The position numbers and the translations under genes were made by a program. A model generated the notes under the pieces. That model saw only the letters and a list, made by a program, of their open reading frames with translations. It was not told where the DNA came from and made no database searches. Shown here piece by piece: positions 1-9,300 of a stretch of DNA of 64,000 nucleotides. How positions within the stretch are numbered: the first letter of the stretch is position 1; each line of letters starts with the position of its first letter. The stretch is from Parasphingorhabdus sp. (GTDB taxonomy: Bacteria; Pseudomonadota; Alphaproteobacteria; Sphingomonadales; Sphingomonadaceae): contig JBLWTQ010000014.1 of NCBI GenBank assembly GCA_048270065.1, positions 11,921 through 75,920 of the forward strand. The letters run 5' to 3'.

Positions 1-277
<277 letters not shown>

Positions 278-1099
278 TCAGGCGGATCGCAGCCCTTCCA
301 GTATTTTTTTGGTAAGCCAGTTTCTGGCTTCCTCGTCGGCAAAGCTGTGCGATGCCGTGTCGTGCACTTCGACGGAAATATCGGTATCACGCCGCAGCGA
401 TTCGAAATCTTTGCTCTCCCACGCAGCAATAAACGCGCGCGCCGTTGTATCGCGCTTTGCCAGCAGAATCCGGGTGTTGCCGTTGAGTCTGGACAGGGCT
501 TCGCGAAGTCGCAGGGAAAGCGCACTATTTTCTTCTGATCGAGAGGCTTGCTTCAATCCTTTCAGAAGTTTTTTGAAGTCGATTTTGCCCGACAGCAGGT
601 CAATGATCGTCCTCGGATTTCTGATCCGGTCCCAATAGCGCGACCGGATGGCGGCGGATGAGGGCATGGGTTCCCCCGTATCCGGTTCGCCGGCCGGTTC
701 GATTACCCAGGGATTGGCCAGTATATAGCCATCAATCCCGGCTTCGGGACCGAACAAGGCCAAGGCCGTAGCCGCATCGCAATTTCCGAAGGCGATAATG
801 GTCTCCACCTGTGGTTGTTCGTGCCTGAAAAATCTGGACGCTGCCGCGATGTCCTCGGCACTGTCCAGGAAGCCGCGGTTCTGCCCGGTGCTTTCGCCAA
901 TGCCGCGCCGGTCATAGCGCAGTACAGGGAAACCGTGTTCCGAGATGGTCAAGGCGAGATGCGCCATGCCGCCATGAGCACCGGAGCGGATTTCATTACC
1001 GCCGCTGACGATCAGCAAAGCGGTCGACCTCGTCCCGGCATCAAGGCTTGCCGCGAGCATTTCGCTTTCCCGGGGGATCTGGTGAAAGCTCCGGGTCAT
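278..1099 (-). CDS. Hydrolase 1, exosortase A system-associated (alpha/beta fold)
   Basis: GGNEIRSGAHGG, YDRRGIGES, GNCDAAT elbow, C-terminal ASHSF; ATG 1099 overlaps the upstream stop (ATGA); located in the XrtA locus. Confidence 0.88.
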   Translation of the reverse strand: MTRSFHQIPRESEMLAASLDAGTRSTALLIVSGGNEIRSGAHGGMAHLALTISEHGFPVLRYDRRGIGESTGQNRGFLDSAEDIAAASRFFRHEQPQVETIIAFGNCDAATALALFGPEAGIDGYILANPWVIEPAGEPDTGEPMPSSAAIRSRYWDRIRNPRTIIDLLSGKIDFKKLLKGLKQASRSEENSALSLRLREALSRLNGNTRILLAKRDTTARAFIAAWESKDFESLRRDTDISVEVHDTASHSFADEEARNWLTKKILEGLRSA

Positions 1100-1803
1100 T
1101 GTCCCATCCAAGCGGCAATATCCCGAGCAACAGCGGAGGACATTGCCGGATCGTCATCCGGCTCGGCACGGAGCCACAGGGCAGAACCGGGGACCTGGCA
1201 ATTGGCGGGCTTGCTGTCCGACTCCAGTCGCACGATTCGCTGGTTCGGCAAGTTCGGTATTTCGGCGGCATTCAACTGCGCAAACAGTTCGGGACCGATG
1301 ATATTCCCGGCCAGTTCGAGCGGTCCGGATTCCGCCTGGGCGGTCAGTTCGGCGAGGCTTGTGTTCAGTCCCGCCTCGCGATTAGCCGCAATCCTGGTAC
1401 GCATCATCGTCCGCAATATGGTTGTGCCTTTTACCGGGCTGAACATCCAGTGGTCGGCGGATGGCAAGTCAGCGACAAGCAAAGCGCCTCCACGGAACGA
1501 GGCAATATGCGAAATCTGATGTTGCTGCGCGCATGCCTGCATGGCCTTTTGCCAGTCGGACATCGTGATCCGCTCCGGCGGGGACAGGCTTTCATTGCTA
1601 CCCGGCAGATCGGGCAGGAAACTGGTGATTCCATGGGCCTGCAGCGATCGCATGACGTCGAGCAGCATCCTGCGCATGCGGTTCATCTCGTCGAACAGGG
1701 GCGGGACAAGCATCACACGGCGGTGGGGTGGCGCTGCTATCGACAGACAAAGCTCCTTGCGCCCCGCAAATTCGTAGGAGACGAACGCGGGACCGAGAGT
1801 CAC
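1096..1803 (-). CDS. Hydrolase 2, exosortase A system-associated (alpha/beta-like)
   Basis: PPLFDEMNRMRR, LPDLPGSNES, ELAGN and LWLRAEP motifs; GTG start overlaps the ACP stop. Confidence 0.82.
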   Translation of the reverse strand: MTLGPAFVSYEFAGRKELCLSIAAPPHRRVMLVPPLFDEMNRMRRMLLDVMRSLQAHGITSFLPDLPGSNESLSPPERITMSDWQKAMQACAQQHQISHIASFRGGALLVADLPSADHWMFSPVKGTTILRTMMRTRIAANREAGLNTSLAELTAQAESGPLELAGNIIGPELFAQLNAAEIPNLPNQRIVRLESDSKPANCQVPGSALWLRAEPDDDPAMSSAVARDIAAWMGQ

Positions 1804-2072
1804 TCTGTGACTTTCATCTCGGCAAAGGCGACCAGATTACCGAAGCTTTCAAACAGTTCGCCATCAACCTCATCATCCTCGATCATGATATCGAGGCGAT
1901 CCTCCAACTCGGTAAGCAATCCCGCTACCGCCATGCTGTCCAGTTCCGGGAGAGCGCCGAACAGCTCGGTTTCCGCCGTGAATTCCGCGACCTGTTCTTC
2001 GCTCAGACCCAAAATATCCCGCATCACTGCTCGCACGGCGGCATCCGGCGTCAACTCGACCTCATTCTGCAT
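1800..2072 (-). CDS. Acyl carrier protein
   Basis: 90-aa acidic protein with ELDSMAV phosphopantetheine site; ATG at 2072 (the 240-aa ORF-track version is over-extended). Confidence 0.88.
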   Translation of the reverse strand: MQNEVELTPDAAVRAVMRDILGLSEEQVAEFTAETELFGALPELDSMAVAGLLTELEDRLDIMIEDDEVDGELFESFGNLVAFAEMKVTE

Positions 2073-2107
2073 CAAAAAACCCCCGAATCCCGGATAAGGG
2101 CGCTTCC

Positions 2108-3136
2108 CTAAAGCGAAGTGCGCTTTCCGGCAAGGCCCGAGACATAGTGGCGCAAGATAGGAAGCCACGACATCGGGTTGTTTGGCCAATAGAATTCCAG
2201 CCGGTAGCGATCCCGGACATCTTCCATCCATTCGCGCTTGTAGCCGTCGTTGCCGGTGCCGAAGTCGATCAGTTCCACATTGTCGACATCGATTACATGC
2301 TGGAACATCGCGACCGACAACAAGGTTCCGGGGGAAGATTTTGTCGCATCCTCGATATGCGCGAGCTTGTGGATCAGTGCCTCGCCATTTTCGACGGTCC
2401 AGAATTGCGCGGCAACCGGTTCGCCTTCGATATAGGCCAAACCAAGGCGCATGCAGCCTGCCGCTGCCTCGTGCTGGGCCAGTTTCTTCAGAAATTCGGG
2501 ATTGCCCTCTTCGGGTTTCCAACTGCGTTCGTAAACGGATACATAGTCATTCCAATCCTCATCGGAAAATTGCTGTTCAATCCTGACCGACACCAGGCCT
2601 TTCTTTGCCTTGCGTCTTACCGTGTTGCGCAGCTGGCCGGGGCGACCTGCCCAATATTGGTCGAAGGTACGGCCCCTGACGTTGAGGATATGATTGTCAT
2701 CCGCCTTCGAACGGAAAACGATCCAGCCCGCTTGTCCGAACGCACGCTCGGTGAGGCTGGCCGCCGAATCTTCGTCAGGAACCGGTGTGATTTCAATATG
2801 ATGCGAGATAGATTTCAGTTTTTTTGCGAGTTTCGTGAGCAATGCCAGTTTGGTCACTTCGTCATAATCGCCCAGAAAAATCGGGCGAAAGGTGAAATTA
2901 TACCAGTTGGCCAGCGCAGCGTGGCGCCCGAGGCCGGTTTTCATCAGGAATATCCAGGCTTCGGCGTCGCCTTCACTGCTGTGGACGATCAACGGCGACT
3001 TGTCCGGCAGGCACAGTTCGTGCAACTGTCTCAGCCATTCGATCCGGTCGAACAGGGACTTCTGGTCTGACCGGCCCAGTTTTTCTCCCGCTATGGCTTG
3101 CACAGACTGAAAATTGCTATGATATTCGCTGGTCAT
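2108..3136 (-). CDS. GNAT-family acyltransferase (CelD/BcsL-like)
   Basis: SPGTLL and IDFGTGNDGYKREW motifs; likely ATG at 3136. Confidence 0.82.
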   Translation of the reverse strand: MTSEYHSNFQSVQAIAGEKLGRSDQKSLFDRIEWLRQLHELCLPDKSPLIVHSSEGDAEAWIFLMKTGLGRHAALANWYNFTFRPIFLGDYDEVTKLALLTKLAKKLKSISHHIEITPVPDEDSAASLTERAFGQAGWIVFRSKADDNHILNVRGRTFDQYWAGRPGQLRNTVRRKAKKGLVSVRIEQQFSDEDWNDYVSVYERSWKPEEGNPEFLKKLAQHEAAAGCMRLGLAYIEGEPVAAQFWTVENGEALIHKLAHIEDATKSSPGTLLSVAMFQHVIDVDNVELIDFGTGNDGYKREWMEDVRDRYRLEFYWPNNPMSWLPILRHYVSGLAGKRTSL

Positions 3137-3189
3137 GATTAAGGTCGTATCTGTCACAAATCTGCTCTTTTTCCCATAGGTCAACACAA

Positions 3190-4734
3190 TTGAATATAGA
3201 TCCCGAAAACGCCGCATTCCCGCTGGACCATCTGGCGATAGGCCAGGATCCGGATGCAGACGCTCTTGCGATGCGTTCGGGCAGTCTTAGCTACAAGATG
3301 TTAAATCATCGTGTCGGCCTACTGGCGGCATGGCTGCTGGGGCAGGGCGTCGTCAAAGGCGACCGGGTGGCCACCTGGCTGGCCAAGACCGAACTGGCCT
3401 GCCTGATGCCGCTGGCTGCGGCCCGGGCCCGTCTGGTCCATGTGCCGGTCAACCCGCTGCTCAAACAGCCTCAGCTCGTGCATATTGTGGCCGACAGCGG
3501 TGCCAAGCTGTTGATCAGCAATGCCGGACGCCTGAAAACTCTGGAAAACAGCGATATCAATCATGATTGTGCCTTGTTCGAAGACAAGGTTGTTGCGGAC
3601 GCTCTGGAATTGGTTGCGACACCGATGCCGCCCAGCGCGACCACGACCGATACCGATGATCTGGTCGCGATCCTGTACACCAGCGGTTCCACCGGTCGTC
3701 CCAAGGGAGTCATGCTCAGCCACGCCAATCTGACGCTTGGTGCGCTCAGCGTGGCTGAATATCTGAAACTGTCTGCCGATGATCGTACCATATGCGTATT
3801 GCCGCTCAGCTTCGACTATGGCCAAAATCAGTTGTTTTCGACCTGGGCAGCGGGTGGTTGTGCGGTTCCGCTGGACTATCTGACACCGCGTGACGTCATG
3901 AAGGCATGCGCCCGCGAAAAGATCACTACCCTGGCTGCGGTGCCGCCGCTGTGGGTGCAACTGGTGGAGCATGAATGGCCAGATGAAGCGGTCGCCTCTA
4001 TGCGGCGGCTAACCAATAGTGGTGGTGCGCTGACTCCCAGTCTGGTCAAACAATTGCGCGGGATATTTGGGCCTGGTACCGATATTTATGCGATGTACGG
4101 TCTGACCGAGGCGTTTCGATCGAGCTATCTCGATCCCGCTTTGATCGATGACAATCCGACCAGCATGGGCACCGCGATCCCGTTTGCCGAAATTCTTGTG
4201 GTAAACGAAGCGGGGAGTGTCGCCGCGCCGGATCAAACAGGGGAACTGGTTCATTGCGGGCCGCTGGTAGCGCAGGGTTACTGGAAAGATCCGGAACGGA
4301 CGGCGCAAAGGTTCAAAAGCGCTCCGGAAGCATCACGCTATCGCGGGACAGCGGTTTTTTCCGGTGATACGGTGAAGCGCGGCGATGACGGATTGCTCTA
4401 TTTCGTCAGCCGGGATGATGCGATGATCAAAAGTTCGGGCAACCGGATAAGCCCTACGGAGATTGAAGAAATCGCGGTCGAATCGGGGATGATCGCGGAA
4501 GCGGTGGCGTTGGGCGTGCCGGATGAACGGCTTGGTCAGGCGATCCGGCTGTTTGTCAGGCCGGCTGAACGGGAACCGGATCCAGCCGCGGTGGCAGCAT
4601 CGCTGGAAAAATATCTAAAACAGAATTTACCGAATTTTATGCACCCCAGGGATATTGTCCTGCTTTCTGAATTCCCCAAGAACCCCAACGGAAAACTGGA
4701 CCGCAACGCCCTGGCCAGCATGGACATCGAATGA
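3190..4734 (+). CDS. Acyl-CoA/acyl-ACP ligase (AMP-forming), exosortase A-associated
   Basis: YTSGSTGRPKG, YGLTEAF, GD, and PKNPNGK adenylation motifs; TTG start. Confidence 0.92.
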   Translation: MNIDPENAAFPLDHLAIGQDPDADALAMRSGSLSYKMLNHRVGLLAAWLLGQGVVKGDRVATWLAKTELACLMPLAAARARLVHVPVNPLLKQPQLVHIVADSGAKLLISNAGRLKTLENSDINHDCALFEDKVVADALELVATPMPPSATTTDTDDLVAILYTSGSTGRPKGVMLSHANLTLGALSVAEYLKLSADDRTICVLPLSFDYGQNQLFSTWAAGGCAVPLDYLTPRDVMKACAREKITTLAAVPPLWVQLVEHEWPDEAVASMRRLTNSGGALTPSLVKQLRGIFGPGTDIYAMYGLTEAFRSSYLDPALIDDNPTSMGTAIPFAEILVVNEAGSVAAPDQTGELVHCGPLVAQGYWKDPERTAQRFKSAPEASRYRGTAVFSGDTVKRGDDGLLYFVSRDDAMIKSSGNRISPTEIEEIAVESGMIAEAVALGVPDERLGQAIRLFVRPAEREPDPAAVAASLEKYLKQNLPNFMHPRDIVLLSEFPKNPNGKLDRNALASMDIE

Positions 4735-5966
4735 TCAAGACCAAACCAACAGGACCGATCCCTCCCGGATATAGTACAATCGACGGAGAACTGGCGATCG
4801 GGAAACAGAAAGTCAGTGGGCTGGTTGCGGAAAACAGCTCTCCGCTGTTTGTCTATTCCCGGCAGCATCTCGATGCGCGCATGGCGCAGTTGCGGGCCGC
4901 CATGCCGGATCGTCTTGATCTGCATTACGCGATGAAAGCCAACCCGTTTCAGCCGCTGCTCCGTCATATGGTGGATTTGGCGGACGGTATCGATATTGCT
5001 TCCGGCGGGGAATTGCGGATGGCCCTGGACGCGGGAGCCGCTAGCGAAAATATCAGCTTTGCCGGACCGGGGAAACGGGACGAGGAGCTTGACCAGGCCA
5101 TCCAGGCCGGTGTCACGATCAATATTGAATCGCCGAGTGAATGCGATCGGGCGCTGCAGATCGGGGCCACCAGCGGCAGGAAACCGCGTCTTGCCATTCG
5201 CGTCAATCCGGATTTCGATCTCAAGGGGTCGGGAATGAAAATGGGTGGCGGCGCCAAACCATTCGGGATGGATATCGAACTGGTCGCACCAACCGTGAAA
5301 CGGTTATTGGACGCCGGAGCAGATTGGCGCGGATTCCATATTTTCGCCGGTTCGCAAGCGCTCAGCGCGGATGCGATTATCGAAACACAGGCCCAGACGC
5401 TTGATCTCGCCGCGCGTCTCGCGACGGCAGCTGGCCAATCACCGGGTCATATCAACCTTGGAGGTGGCTTCGGCATTCCCTATTTCCCGGGCGATGAACC
5501 GGTCGATATCACCAAGGTCGGAAAAGCCTTGTCGGACCAGTTCAAGCGATTGCCAGACATCCTCGCTTCCACGCAATTTGCCATCGAGCTGGGCCGCTAT
5601 CTCGTTGGCGAAGCGGGCGTGTACCTGACCCGGATTGTCGATCGCAAGGAAAGCCAGGGCCAGATATTTCTGGTGACAGACGGTGGTTTGCATCACCAGC
5701 TTGCGGCAAGCGGCAATTTCGGGACGGTGGTGAGACGAAATTATCCCGCCGCCATTGCCACCAAGTTTGAGGAGGAGCCGACCGAAACGGTCTCCATCGT
5801 CGGATGCCTTTGCACCCCGCTCGACCGTCTGAGCGATAACGCCGCCATGCCCAAAGCGAGCGTCGGGGACATTGTCGCGATATTCTGCGCCGGGGCCTAC
5901 GGTGCGACGGCAAGTCCCGCAAATTTCCTCGGTCAGGGACCGGCCAGGGAGATATTAGTCGAATAG
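4731..5966 (+). CDS. PLP-dependent decarboxylase (LysA/ornithine decarboxylase fold III), exosortase A-associated
   Basis: YAMKAN PLP lysine, HIFAGSQ, NLGGGFG, ELGRYLV, GCLCTPLD, GAYG; ATGA overlap with the ligase. Confidence 0.92.
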   Translation: MIKTKPTGPIPPGYSTIDGELAIGKQKVSGLVAENSSPLFVYSRQHLDARMAQLRAAMPDRLDLHYAMKANPFQPLLRHMVDLADGIDIASGGELRMALDAGAASENISFAGPGKRDEELDQAIQAGVTINIESPSECDRALQIGATSGRKPRLAIRVNPDFDLKGSGMKMGGGAKPFGMDIELVAPTVKRLLDAGADWRGFHIFAGSQALSADAIIETQAQTLDLAARLATAAGQSPGHINLGGGFGIPYFPGDEPVDITKVGKALSDQFKRLPDILASTQFAIELGRYLVGEAGVYLTRIVDRKESQGQIFLVTDGGLHHQLAASGNFGTVVRRNYPAAIATKFEEEPTETVSIVGCLCTPLDRLSDNAAMPKASVGDIVAIFCAGAYGATASPANFLGQGPAREILVE

Positions 5967-6004
5967 TTTCAACGTGCTTGGCCGCAGTCAAAACGCCAGA
6001 CCCG

Positions 6005-6020
6005 TTAATCTGAAATTCAC
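6005..6020. promoter_or_regulatory. Possible CtrA-like box upstream of the polysaccharide export operon
   Basis: TTAA-N7-TTCAC, one mismatch to the TTAA-N7-TTAAC consensus. Confidence 0.3.
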
Positions 6021-6137
6021 CTATTCCTAACGCTATATTCACTATTTTCTAGCATAGCCATCTCGTGACCTTGCGTGATCTGTCCGTTTTCCGTCGGAAA
6101 TCGGTCGTCGCCGGAGGCTTCTAACGAGGTGAATAAA

Positions 6138-6794
6138 ATGCGTTCTGCTATGAAAAACAAACACTTGGCAAAGTTGATGGTCGGTGCCGGAATGGCGTCA
6201 CTGACCGTCGCCGGTTGTTCCGGCAACTCCAGTGGCCCGCAGCTGCCGCCGGCGTCCTTTGTTTCGATGCAGGAAGGGCCGGGCGAAGAATATGTCATTG
6301 GTCCGCTGGACGAACTGACAATTTTCGTCTGGCGCAATCCCGAACTGGGCGCGAAGGTTCAGGTCCGGCCCGATGGACGGATCACCACACCGCTGATAAC
6401 CGACATGCCAGCCGTCGGCAAGACGCCCGCCATGCTGGCACAAGATCTGAAATTGCAGCTGTCCGAATATATTAACGAGCCGCTGGTTTCGGTGATCGTC
6501 AACAATTTTTCCGGTACATTCTCGCAGCAAATTCGCGTCGTCGGCGCGACCGAGAAACCGGCATCCATTCCGTACCGGGCCAATATGACTTTGCTCGACG
6601 CGATGATCTCGGTCGGCGGTCTTTCCGAATTTGCATCCGGTAATCGCGCCCGGCTGATCCGATATGATCGTGGTACCGGCCAGCAGAAAGAATATGCGCT
6701 GCGCATCGACGACTTGCTGAAGAAGGGCGAGACCCGCGCCAATGTCATGCTGCGTCCCGGAGATGTGATCATCATTCCGGAAAGCATGTTTTGA
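6138..6794 (+). CDS. Polysaccharide export lipoprotein (Wza/OPX), XrtA system
   Basis: Lipobox VAGC, YVIGPLD.L.I.VW, VRPDG.I, and SLBB-like C-terminus; RBS GAGG before ATG 6138. Confidence 0.9.
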   Translation: MRSAMKNKHLAKLMVGAGMASLTVAGCSGNSSGPQLPPASFVSMQEGPGEEYVIGPLDELTIFVWRNPELGAKVQVRPDGRITTPLITDMPAVGKTPAMLAQDLKLQLSEYINEPLVSVIVNNFSGTFSQQIRVVGATEKPASIPYRANMTLLDAMISVGGLSEFASGNRARLIRYDRGTGQQKEYALRIDDLLKKGETRANVMLRPGDVIIIPESMF

Positions 6795-6833
6795 ATTTTT
6801 TCGGCTTCATCTGACAGGAATTGAAAAGAACTC

Positions 6834-8369
6834 ATGAACAGTCTTTATGACGAATTTCGAATTGCAGTGCACAGCGTCTGGAACCGGCGCTGGCTAGCAC
6901 TGGCTGTCGCCTGGGGGCTTTGCCTGCTGGGCTGGCTGGTTGTTGCCTTGATACCGAACAGCTATGAATCGAAGGCCCGGATTTCCGTAGAGATGCAGTC
7001 GATATTGTCCGACAAGGTCGGCGTTGATGCGCGCGAGCGCAAAAAGAATATGGAACGCGTCCAGGAAACTCTGGCTTCCACTATCAATCTGGAAAAAGTT
7101 GTCCGCGGGACGGCGTTGAACAAGTCGGTCTCGAGTGACCGGGAACTGGCTGGCAAGGTCGAGATGCTGCGCAAAAGCATCCAGATAAAATCGGAAAAGG
7201 ACAATCTGTTCGAGATTATCGCAACATCCTCGGCGAGCAATCTTTCCGACGCGGAAAATGCTGTCCTGGCCCGGGATATCGTTCAGAAAATGATCGATTT
7301 TTTCGTCGAGGAAAACCTGTCCGGAGATCGCGATGAAACCAGCCAGACGATCAAGTTTCTCGATGCGCAACTGGCACAGAGGGAAAAAGAACTTCAGGAA
7401 GCCGAGCAGAAGCGTGTTCAGTTCGAGACAGAAAATCTGGGGCTGCTGCCCGGAGTGGGCTCGATCAGTCAACGGATGGAAGCCGCCCGCGCCGAACTGG
7501 GACAGATTGACTCGCAGCTTAGCCAGGCATCGGCTTCGCTTGCCGCGCTGAACGGCCAGCTTTCCGGAACACCTTCGTCGATCGCTACGCCGGGCGTTGC
7601 AGGCGGTGGCGGTGCTCGTGCCCAGCTGGCCCAGGCGCAGGCTACATTGGCTTCTGCGCGGGCCCGCGGCTGGACCGACAGCCATCCTGATATTGTGGCG
7701 ATGAAGAACGAAATTGCAGCGCTTCGGGTACAGGCATCCAAGGAACCCGCTGGTGGCGGTGGCTATCGTACGCCAAATCCGGCCTATAGTTCGCTGCAAA
7801 GCATGCGTGCCGAACGTCAGGCGACGGTTGCTGCCCTACAGGCGCGGAAAAATGCGTTGCAGGCCGATATGGCGCAACTGGCGTCCAAACAGACGCTGGA
7901 GCCGGGAATTGCTGCAGAAATGTCGCGGATCAATCGTGACTATGATGTTCTGAAGGAGCAGTATAACAAGCTACTCACTGACCGGGAGCAGATTAAATTC
8001 CGCGGTCAGGTGGAAACAGAAACCGACTCCGTGAAATTCCGGGTCATTGATCCGCCGTCCAGCCCGCGCTCCCCCGCCGCCCCCAATCGTCCGCTTCTGC
8101 TGGCCATGGTGTTGTTTGTCGGCATTGGTGGTGGCGTGGGCACGGCTTTCGCGATGGGGCATTTGCAAACCAGCTACCCGACCGCAGACAAACTGGAAAA
8201 AGCCAGTGGATTGCCGGTTATCGGTTCTGTTTCGCAGGTCCTGACGAACGCGCAGCGCGCAGTGCAAGGGAAAAAAATGCGGATATTCTACGGCACGAGT
8301 GGTGCGCTCTTCGGCGTTTTTGGACTGCTGATGATCGTGGAGTTTATCCAGCGCGGCATGGTGGTTTGA
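6834..8369 (+). CDS. Polysaccharide chain-length determinant / co-polymerase, XrtA system
   Basis: Two TM segments flanking a long coiled coil; IDPP..P..P..PNR motif. Confidence 0.9.
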   Translation: MNSLYDEFRIAVHSVWNRRWLALAVAWGLCLLGWLVVALIPNSYESKARISVEMQSILSDKVGVDARERKKNMERVQETLASTINLEKVVRGTALNKSVSSDRELAGKVEMLRKSIQIKSEKDNLFEIIATSSASNLSDAENAVLARDIVQKMIDFFVEENLSGDRDETSQTIKFLDAQLAQREKELQEAEQKRVQFETENLGLLPGVGSISQRMEAARAELGQIDSQLSQASASLAALNGQLSGTPSSIATPGVAGGGGARAQLAQAQATLASARARGWTDSHPDIVAMKNEIAALRVQASKEPAGGGGYRTPNPAYSSLQSMRAERQATVAALQARKNALQADMAQLASKQTLEPGIAAEMSRINRDYDVLKEQYNKLLTDREQIKFRGQVETETDSVKFRVIDPPSSPRSPAAPNRPLLLAMVLFVGIGGGVGTAFAMGHLQTSYPTADKLEKASGLPVIGSVSQVLTNAQRAVQGKKMRIFYGTSGALFGVFGLLMIVEFIQRGMVV

Positions 8370-8379
8370 GGGAGCAGTT

Positions 8380-9297
8380 ATGAATAAATATAGTCCTCCC
8401 AAAAAGCCAGCTTCGCTGCTCGAAAGGGCAGGGGAAATCTATGATTATATTCCGGCAATCCGCACGGGCGATCAGCATGGCATTGCTCCGGAAGCGCTGC
8501 CACCCGAGACCCCCGGTTCGCAAATCACTCCAGCCCCGCAAGGGCCGGTGGCGGCATATGACGGCCCGCGGCTCATCGTCGATCGCGACAAGTTAAAGGA
8601 CGCCGGATTCATCGTTCCCGATGGACCCGTCACCGGCATTTCGGAAGAATTCCGGATCATCAAGCGTCAATTGCTGCTGCTGGCGAAGGGCAATCAGAAA
8701 ACCGCGCCGGTTCCGCATGGCGAACGGATTTTGATTTGCTCCGCTCTTCCTAACGAAGGCAAGACATTCTGTGCACTGAACCTCGCGCTCTCGATAGCGG
8801 CGGAGAAGGATAATGAAGTCCTGCTCGTCGATGCTGATTTTGCCAAGCCAAGTATCCTTTCCAGCCTGGGTCTGGAAGGCAGCAAGGGACTCATGGATGC
8901 GCTTGCCGATCCGCAGTTGCCGGTCGAAAACTGCATCATTCATACGGATATCCCGGGCCTCGCAATCTTGCCGGCCGGTGACCAGACCAACGCCGATACC
9001 GAATATCTGGCCTCGTCGCGCACCGAACAGGTGCTCAACCGCCTGACCCAGAATAATCCCAATCGCATCGTAATTTTCGATTCACCACCGGCATTGTCGG
9101 CTTCGCCGGCATCCGTACTGGCGACTCATGTCGGTCAGGTTCTGATGGTGGTCAAAGCGGACGAAACGACCGAAACCGCCCTGCGCGATGCGCTGAGTTT
9201 GCTGGGCGGCTGTGATCATATCCAGCTTCTTCTGAACGGCACCAAGTTTTCGCCGACGGGAAGACGATTTGGATCCTACTATGGATATGGAGAGTAA
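8380..9297 (+). CDS. Protein tyrosine kinase (stand-alone Wzc/CapB-type cytoplasmic domain)
   Basis: Walker A ALPNEGKT, LLVDAD, IFDSPP, C-terminal YYGY tyrosine cluster. Confidence 0.88.
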   Translation: MNKYSPPKKPASLLERAGEIYDYIPAIRTGDQHGIAPEALPPETPGSQITPAPQGPVAAYDGPRLIVDRDKLKDAGFIVPDGPVTGISEEFRIIKRQLLLLAKGNQKTAPVPHGERILICSALPNEGKTFCALNLALSIAAEKDNEVLLVDADFAKPSILSSLGLEGSKGLMDALADPQLPVENCIIHTDIPGLAILPAGDQTNADTEYLASSRTEQVLNRLTQNNPNRIVIFDSPPALSASPASVLATHVGQVLMVVKADETTETALRDALSLLGGCDHIQLLLNGTKFSPTGRRFGSYYGYGE

Positions 9298-9300
9298 GCC

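Noticed and set aside
1800-2522. Long N-terminal extensions in the ORF track (ACP, truA, HPr, dnaX, mrdA, chvI, TraB copies, asnB)
   Set aside because: The extensions overlap neighbouring genes or promoters; internal starts with stop/start overlaps or SD sequences fit the family lengths better.
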